IMG/VR virus record: IMGVR_UViG_3300046168_000026
Coordinates: 64,001-128,000 of that record
DNA: 64,000 bases
Origin: a virus
Direction: 5' to 3' (one strand)
Part shown: one piece after another, positions 58,172 to 64,000 of the stretch
How the letters are laid out: each line of letters starts with the position of its first letter
Position numbering within the stretch: position 1 is the first letter of the stretch
Program-made: the position numbers and the translations under genes
Notes under the pieces: generated by a model
Seen by the model: the letters and a program-made list of their open reading frames with translations, nothing else
Database searches by the model: none
What the model was told of the DNA's origin: nothing

Positions 58172-59022
58172 TCCATAGGCAGTTGCATTTCTCTCTCTTC
58201 CCCGGTCTCCTCAGATACAAATTCAAATGTTAAATCAATATCGGGAACACTTTGGTTGATATACGCTCTGAGTGCCTTTGAATCTACTGCGAATAATTCA
58301 TTGTCCACGAAATGATTGATGTCTTTTTGGTCATCTGACCCATCTACTGAAAGAATCATATTTTTCATTCTTGTAGTTAACTCTCTTGAAGTCATATCTT
58401 TTAATTTACGATTTGCCTTCTTAATTGCTTCTACTTGATGTTTAACTTTTCTTTCTTTAGATTCGGTCATCGCCATAAAGGTAACCTTTCTCTTTGAGGT
58501 TGGTAAAGTGAATTCGAACTCATTTTTATGTGGTTCTACTTGATTTTCACCCTCATAATCCTTATTTTGGAATTGAGTAAGGTCGATGTTTTCTTTTTGC
58601 TTTGTACCTGGCATAGTTGGGTCGTCAATTTCAACCTTATACTCTTTACCATACCCAAGTACTCTTGCAGCAATCATAATTGCGTTTTTATCACCTGTAA
58701 CTAAATCTATGTATTTAATTGTTTCACCATCACCATTACCAACGATTAATGACTGAAATAATCTGTCTAAAACAGTTCCGTCTTTAATATATGATTGTGT
58801 GGTTAGGATATCTTCCTCTTTTGCGGTCATATACTTCATTTCAACCTTTCCACTTGATAGTGGGTTGTCTTTTGGGTATATAAGTCCTTTTGAGGGTAAA
58901 TCTATAACTTCCGTAGGGAACTTATAGTCACGAACTTCTCTTTGTTCGTGGTCTTTGATAGCTTTTTGTACCATATCCTTGTCGGAAACTGGGTACTCAT
59001 CTTCTAATCGTTCTTTTGCCAT
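58144..59022 (-). CDS. baseplate hub assembly / tail chaperone (gp26-like)
   Basis: LPSKG..MTAKEEDIL, FEFTLP, ends FFWP; located between tube and tape measure. Confidence 0.75.
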   Translation of the reverse strand: MAKERLEDEYPVSDKDMVQKAIKDHEQREVRDYKFPTEVIDLPSKGLIYPKDNPLSSGKVEMKYMTAKEEDILTTQSYIKDGTVLDRLFQSLIVGNGDGETIKYIDLVTGDKNAIMIAARVLGYGKEYKVEIDDPTMPGTKQKENIDLTQFQNKDYEGENQVEPHKNEFEFTLPTSKRKVTFMAMTESKERKVKHQVEAIKKANRKLKDMTSRELTTRMKNMILSVDGSDDQKDINHFVDNELFAVDSKALRAYINQSVPDIDLTFEFVSEETGEEREMQLPMDVGFFWPSE

Positions 59023-59095
59023 AATAAAACTCGTTTTATATCTTTTTTTGTTGTACTGTACTATAATATATATGTAACTGGACTATTATTAATAC

Positions 59096-59130
59096 AAAAA
59101 GTCTCAAAATTGTTTTAATAATGAGACTTT
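59096..59130 (-). terminator. putative terminator hairpin
   Basis: AAAGTCTCA...TGAGACTTT inverted repeat with T-run. Confidence 0.5.
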
Positions 59131-59153
59131 AAGATTTTAAAATAGATTTTGGA

Positions 59154-59423
59154 TTATCCCCAAGTATAACTACCTTCGGTTCCTGTTAGTGTAGTTACAC
59201 CACATTCAAATCCATCTGGTAAATCACCATCATAGGTAATTTTTTCTCTTCCACCATAATCGAAGCCATTAATTGGGAGTCCCCAATCTTCATTTGCTTC
59301 TTTGATTGTAAAATGTGTTGCAGCTTCTTCACCATTGTCCTTGTCTTCCCAAGTACAATATGAATCATCACCAATCCACTCGACAATATTGTCTTCAATT
59401 CTTTTAACTATTAATTTTGCCAT
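59154..59423 (-). CDS. hypothetical acidic protein
   Basis: Has its own TATTTAT motif, SD-like GGAG and downstream hairpin. Confidence 0.65.
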   Translation of the reverse strand: MAKLIVKRIEDNIVEWIGDDSYCTWEDKDNGEEAATHFTIKEANEDWGLPINGFDYGGREKITYDGDLPDGFECGVTTLTGTEGSYTWG

Positions 59424-59471
59424 ATCTTCTCTCCTTTTTGGTTAACCTTTAATAAATATGTAAATTAAATT

Positions 59472-59499
59472 AAAAAACCCACCTTATGGGGTGGGTTTC
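59472..59499 (-). terminator. rho-independent terminator after tail tube
   Basis: AAACCCACC-loop-GGTGGGTTTTTT on the minus strand. Confidence 0.8.
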
Positions 59500-59527
59500 T
59501 TGTTTCAATTTTTATTACAATCCGTAT

Positions 59528-60016
59528 TTAGTATTGTAGTATTGCGTAATCGTAAGTAAGTGTCATTTCTACTGTTGCTAAATCTTCTCCTGCATAATCC
59601 ATGTCTGAGAAATTAGCTGATTGAATGTATGCACCTTTAAGTGTCCACTCTTCTACTTTATCACCAACAGGACCCAAACTGTTAAATGTGATATCTTTCT
59701 TATAGAAATCAGAGTATCCATCTCTACCTGTTACAGATTCATGATGTAGTCTTACCCACTCCATTACTGCTTGTGCAGCGGAAGGTACGACTGGGTCGTA
59801 TAAAGTGATTGCTAAATCTTGCCACTCAGAACGACCTTTTACATATCTTCTAACATTGATATGGTCGATGGTAACTTTACCATTGTTTATTTCTGGTCTG
59901 GCTGCCGTTTTCACCAAGTATGCAGGAATTCCTTCGATGTACATGATGAACCTATTTGACATTTTAGGTTCAAAGTTGGTGAACATTATTTCATTTGGGT
60001 CTAATAATTGTGCCAT
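59528..60016 (-). CDS. tail tube protein (gp19-like)
   Basis: FEPKMSNRF, W..ITLYDP, YKKDI, WTLKGA; directly after the sheath. Confidence 0.9.
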   Translation of the reverse strand: MAQLLDPNEIMFTNFEPKMSNRFIMYIEGIPAYLVKTAARPEINNGKVTIDHINVRRYVKGRSEWQDLAITLYDPVVPSAAQAVMEWVRLHHESVTGRDGYSDFYKKDITFNSLGPVGDKVEEWTLKGAYIQSANFSDMDYAGEDLATVEMTLTYDYAILQY

Positions 60017-60063
60017 TTAATTCTCCGTTTTCTCTTTCTAATAAATAGTCTTTATTTTATTTT

Positions 60064-62466
60064 TTATTCAGGGAACGCTGCGCCAGTTGGAAGTACATTG
60101 AAATCAAGTACTATAAACTCTGCAGTTTTCGCTGGTTGAATAAAGATTTCTCCTTTTAAGATGTTTCTATCTATAATATCGGGTGTATTGTTTGATTCGT
60201 CCATAATAACTCGGAATGCGTAAAGACCTTGTCTTTGTTGTACTGATTCTAAGTAAGGGTTAACTATACTTAGGAATCTGTTTCTTGTTGCTGCCGTATT
60301 ATTTTCGAACAATAAATACCTTGAAGATGATGCGATGAACTTCTTCAATGCGATTAGTAATCTTCTTACATTAATTCTGTCAAGAGCTGAAGGTCTAGCT
60401 TGAAGTGTCTTCTGACCAAATACCGTAGCACCTTGTCCAGGGAATGTAGCGATTGGGTTAATTCTATTTTCGTATAATGTATCTCTCTCGTCATGAGTCA
60501 ATCTTGACTTAACTTCGATTACATTTGATAAACCACCTCTATTTAAACCTGCGGGTGCGAACCATGGTTCAGCAACTGCGTCATTAAATGCGATAACACC
60601 TGGTAATACAACACTTGGTGGTACCCAGACTGGTTTATTTTTGTCTGTATCAAGAATCTTACACCATGGGTGATAAGTTCCGACATAGTTTGAATCGAAT
60701 GAACTTAGTGAGTTAACTACTGTTGAGATTGAATCTGTGTAAGAACCTGCGTCCATTACGAAGAATGCATCTTGTCTGTCTTCACACATATCTTTTGCAA
60801 AAGTAGTTACTGAAGAGTGTAGTCTATTGATTACACCTGGTAATACTAATAGGTTCATATCATATTCATCAGGATTTGACATTGCGCTAATAGCTTTTCT
60901 CATTGCGATTGTACCACCTGCGGTTGCTGATGATAAATCCAATCCTTGCATATTACCTGCAACAATGTTTGTTCCTGTTAGTACTGTTCTGTTTGGTGCG
61001 AATCCATCGAACCCACCTTGGAATGGTACTAAGAATTTTTTATTGTCTATAAGACCATCGTTTAGTGCAATTGCTGCTCCATTAGAAGTACATTGACTTA
61101 ATAAGAACTTAGTTCCAACAGTTTCAGAACTTGAGTCTGGAATTGGGTTTAAGTAGTTTAAGTTATCTGTATTTGTAAAGTCGAATGAATAACCTAAGAA
61201 TGCTCTTTTGTTAAATTCATTTGCAATTGACTGGTCTGTTACATATGTAGGACTTGGTAAATTATGTCCACTATGTATAGGTGACTTAACTGCTGCGAAT
61301 CCGAAAGGAACAAGACTTGCATCAAGTGCTCCACCATCCATATCACTATTTACTTCTACTCTAATGTTTACAGATGCGTTTGGATAATCCCCATTTGAAG
61401 TAACTTTACCATTGTTATCAACAGTAATATACTTGTCACCAATAACTCTTTTAATGTAGTTAGGTGAATTAGGGTCTAAGTTAAGTCCACTAAATTCTTC
61501 TATAATACTTGGTCTAACATCACTATCTTGAACAGTTTGACCAAATATAGAATTAGCAATTTTAGAAGTATCTACTCTTCGTAGGATAACACTAAATGTT
61601 CCGTACTCAGAACCAGGAACTTCATTTGCTGGTTTAATATCTCTAATACCAATTTTAAATTCGTAGTTTGTCGAAGTACCATGTGACAATGTGTGGAATC
61701 TAAATAAGTTTTTACTTGTACCTGATACATCTTGTGATATGATGAAAGGTGTTGAAGCTTCTTGGTATGCTTTTGTATAGTCAGTTTTTCTAAATGTATC
61801 AACTTCTACATTACAATTAGGGTCAGCTGCGAAAGATGACGATTGGAATGAATTGAAGTTCATATATAGGTAACCAAATTCCGAACCATTTTTAGGAGAT
61901 GAACCAAGTGTTTTTCCAATGTAGTTTACTGCGCTTGGGTCTAATGATGCGGTTGCTATTGCAAGTACTGCTGACTCTGATAAACCTGTTACTGCACCCG
62001 ATGCACTCATATAAAGTGCGAAGTTAGATGCCGAAACATCTGGTGTTGGTGAAGCTGCTGAACCACTCAAGTTTGTTACAAGTGACCTATCAAATGAACC
62101 TGTTGAGTTTGCAACACCACCGAAAGGTACTTTTGTAGTAGGGTGAATTACTGCTGCTACTGAACCACTAATCTTTAATACTAAAGGTTCAACAGTATAA
62201 CCACTCTGTCCTAATACTCTTACGATAGTCGCAGTTCCTGCGTCTTCTAAATATGATTGTGCAGTATAAGGTAGGTATGAATCTTCTGTCAAACCACCAA
62301 ATACTTGTTGAAATTCTTGAAAGGACTCTACCTGTGTTGGTACGAATGCAGGCCCCTTTATACTTTGTCCTATAAGTGCCGCACCTATCTCTCCTATACC
62401 TTGTGGTAAGAATGAGAGGTCTTTTTCTCTTGTGAATACACCTGGACTAACAATTCTTTCTGCCAT
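60064..62466 (-). CDS. tail sheath protein (gp18-like)
   Basis: SPGVFTRE, WFAPAGLNRG, INPI, RINVRRL, AEFIVLDF. Confidence 0.96.
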   Translation of the reverse strand: MAERIVSPGVFTREKDLSFLPQGIGEIGAALIGQSIKGPAFVPTQVESFQEFQQVFGGLTEDSYLPYTAQSYLEDAGTATIVRVLGQSGYTVEPLVLKISGSVAAVIHPTTKVPFGGVANSTGSFDRSLVTNLSGSAASPTPDVSASNFALYMSASGAVTGLSESAVLAIATASLDPSAVNYIGKTLGSSPKNGSEFGYLYMNFNSFQSSSFAADPNCNVEVDTFRKTDYTKAYQEASTPFIISQDVSGTSKNLFRFHTLSHGTSTNYEFKIGIRDIKPANEVPGSEYGTFSVILRRVDTSKIANSIFGQTVQDSDVRPSIIEEFSGLNLDPNSPNYIKRVIGDKYITVDNNGKVTSNGDYPNASVNIRVEVNSDMDGGALDASLVPFGFAAVKSPIHSGHNLPSPTYVTDQSIANEFNKRAFLGYSFDFTNTDNLNYLNPIPDSSSETVGTKFLLSQCTSNGAAIALNDGLIDNKKFLVPFQGGFDGFAPNRTVLTGTNIVAGNMQGLDLSSATAGGTIAMRKAISAMSNPDEYDMNLLVLPGVINRLHSSVTTFAKDMCEDRQDAFFVMDAGSYTDSISTVVNSLSSFDSNYVGTYHPWCKILDTDKNKPVWVPPSVVLPGVIAFNDAVAEPWFAPAGLNRGGLSNVIEVKSRLTHDERDTLYENRINPIATFPGQGATVFGQKTLQARPSALDRINVRRLLIALKKFIASSSRYLLFENNTAATRNRFLSIVNPYLESVQQRQGLYAFRVIMDESNNTPDIIDRNILKGEIFIQPAKTAEFIVLDFNVLPTGAAFPE

Positions 62467-62503
62467 TATTTTCTCCTAAATTAAATCTTTGGGTTTACCT
62501 TTA

Positions 62504-62511
62504 TATAAATA
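62504..62511 (-). promoter_or_regulatory. putative late promoter TATTTATA before the sheath gene
   Basis: Motif also at 323, 758, 7011, 7944, 23566, 44455, 47877, 57897, 59452, 60041 and 62845. Confidence 0.6.
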
Positions 62512-62536
62512 CTCCAAAAATTTCCAAAACGAATAC

Positions 62537-62818
62537 TTATTTGTTAGGTGTGAAAGTATTTGTAGCCACATCGTAAGTTCCCTCACCATATTTAGCTCTC
62601 AACTCCACACTTAATTCTCTTTCCTCGTTGGATAATTCTCTGTAAGATTCCATCAAAGTGTTCTTTTCAAGTTTCATTTCATTGAATTGGGCTTCCATGT
62701 TTTGAATACCAATTTCAATCTCACCTAACCTTGATGTAATTGATAGAGTTTTACTTTGAATTTCCGTAATTTTTTTAACTTCTTCTTCCGAAAAACTTTT
62801 TATTTCTTTTTCTGCCAT
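62537..62818 (-). CDS. small coiled-coil protein
   Basis: Heptads, C-terminal KYGEGTYD. Confidence 0.7.
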   Translation of the reverse strand: MAEKEIKSFSEEEVKKITEIQSKTLSITSRLGEIEIGIQNMEAQFNEMKLEKNTLMESYRELSNEERELSVELRAKYGEGTYDVATNTFTPNK

Positions 62819-62860
62819 AACATATTAATTTTATTTACTACACTTATAAATATGGAAAAA

Positions 62861-63700
62861 TTATTCATTACCACTCTTTTTAGAGATTTTAATGCCAGAA
62901 AGACTTGGGTCTTCTGAAAATGAAACTTTTCCAATCGATACTGTTCGTTTAGTATTGTTGTTTAGTCCGACATATTCTGGAACGATATAAGCCTTAGTTA
63001 CTAAAGATATTGTTGCTTTAGTAATTCTATCTTGACCCATCTCGGACATTGTTTCAAATGAGTAAGAATCACCTTTTATTACAAACTTATATCTTTCACC
63101 AAAAGAACGACCTTGGAAAAATACAATTTGCTCTACAACTTTGTTAACTTGTTCCATATAGTCACACCAAACTATCACTTCATATTGTAAATCAACATAA
63201 TCAGGTCTTTCAACTGACATAAATTCTTTCTTTGGATTTTCTCCTGTCAGTATTGCAAATTGGTCGTACTTATTAAGTTTATTGTACTTTCTTTCAAAGA
63301 ACTGATGTGTATCTTCGTTTTGTGCAACTTTTAATTTTGCTAAATCGGTGTTTACTGATAGATTATCTCTTTTAAAAACAATAACGGGAGTTAACATCAT
63401 TCCGTTTTCGTCTCTCATAAACCCATCTCGTTGTGCACTTGCCCACTTTTCAGGTGATGCATACATTACAGGAACAGGATAAAATCTTCCATCATCCTCA
63501 ACAGTTGGTCTTACATCCTTTTCTAAAAAGTTTTTAAATGCAGAATCGATATCGTAAATACCAACACTTACATTTTTTACATTATCCTTATCCCTTCTAT
63601 ACTGCTTTGCTTTATTTAATATAGGGTCAGGTGATGTAGAAGATTGTGTTTGTATAATCTGAGGTTTCGAGTTGTCTGTATTTCTGTATTTAGTTGCCAT
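62861..63700 (-). CDS. tail terminator / sheath stabiliser (gp15-like)
   Basis: VPVMYASPEKW, PVIVFKR, PDYV; neck-module position. Confidence 0.65.
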   Translation of the reverse strand: MATKYRNTDNSKPQIIQTQSSTSPDPILNKAKQYRRDKDNVKNVSVGIYDIDSAFKNFLEKDVRPTVEDDGRFYPVPVMYASPEKWASAQRDGFMRDENGMMLTPVIVFKRDNLSVNTDLAKLKVAQNEDTHQFFERKYNKLNKYDQFAILTGENPKKEFMSVERPDYVDLQYEVIVWCDYMEQVNKVVEQIVFFQGRSFGERYKFVIKGDSYSFETMSEMGQDRITKATISLVTKAYIVPEYVGLNNNTKRTVSIGKVSFSEDPSLSGIKISKKSGNE

Positions 63701-63703
63701 CGT

Positions 63704-64000
63704 TTATAGTCCCATTGGTACTTCGTTATCATTTTGGTTTGAATTACCGAATCTTGTTTCTACTAATTTAATACTTGTTTGTCTTGTAACATGACTATCA
63801 CATATAATAGATACATTTAAACCTTGAGCATCACCACCATCCCAATACTGAGGATTCTTTCCTGCAAAGTATTGATATGAGTATGATGCGTCTATTAGAT
63901 GATATTCATTATTCCATTGTACAATATCACCAACTGCAGGTACTAAATCTTTTTCTTTTAATGTATCTCTTAAAAACTTAAACTGAACTTCACGAGAATA
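63704..64000 (-). CDS. neck / head-closure protein (gp14-like), C-terminal part
   Basis: Open frame from the window edge: ..PAVGDIVQWNNEYHLID..SIICDSHVTR. Confidence 0.55.
   Translation of the reverse strand, partial: YSREVQFKFLRDTLKEKDLVPAVGDIVQWNNEYHLIDASYSYQYFAGKNPQYWDGGDAQGLNVSIICDSHVTRQTSIKLVETRFGNSNQNDNEVPMGL

Noticed and set aside
1641-61096. Plus-strand ORFs in the six-frame track
   Set aside because: All are antisense shadows of well-supported minus-strand genes, with no recognisable motifs or expression signals.
1-64000. Stop-codon reassignment (alternative genetic code)
   Set aside because: Coding density is high and core genes are intact in the standard code; the few breaks are frameshifts, not in-frame stops.
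1-64000. tRNA or rRNA genes
   Set aside because: Intergenic gaps are short and AT-rich and no cloverleaf or T-loop signature was seen by eye; tRNAscan-SE would confirm.

Overview
This window is a 64-kb, AT-rich segment of a large T4-like (myovirus, jumbo-type) phage genome. Every credible gene lies on the minus strand and reads in the standard code. In transcription order (right to left) it holds: (1) a neck/tail/baseplate module with sheath, tube, chaperone, an indel-broken tape measure and baseplate genes; (2) a replication and nucleotide module with a mini-PolA, SSB, RecA/UvsX, 5'-3' exonuclease, helicase, NrdAB, thioredoxin, PolB, clamp and clamp loader, interleaved with two Mom-like GNAT paralogues, a DUF4338/DruA-like protein and a DUF1599/Nmad1-like protein; (3) a ~15-kb glycan-biosynthesis island that includes an aldolase-KdsB fusion and a Maf/DUF115-like transferase; (4) a lysis/envelope module with an amidase, a holin-like protein, a beta-barrel OMP and lipoproteins; and (5) small accessory genes. 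Nine TTTG-N19/20-TATATTnG promoters match the Bacteroidota sigma-A consensus and, with the lipoprotein and OMP signals, point to a Bacteroidota host. A second motif, TATTTAT(A) on the coding strand, precedes late genes. The best candidates for undescribed systems are a replisome-coupled multi-GNAT DNA-modification system, a phage-encoded CMP-ulosonic-acid glycosylation pathway, and an OMP/lipoprotein envelope cassette. Several single-base homopolymer indels suggest residual sequencing error. All family assignments come from motif recognition by eye, not database searches.
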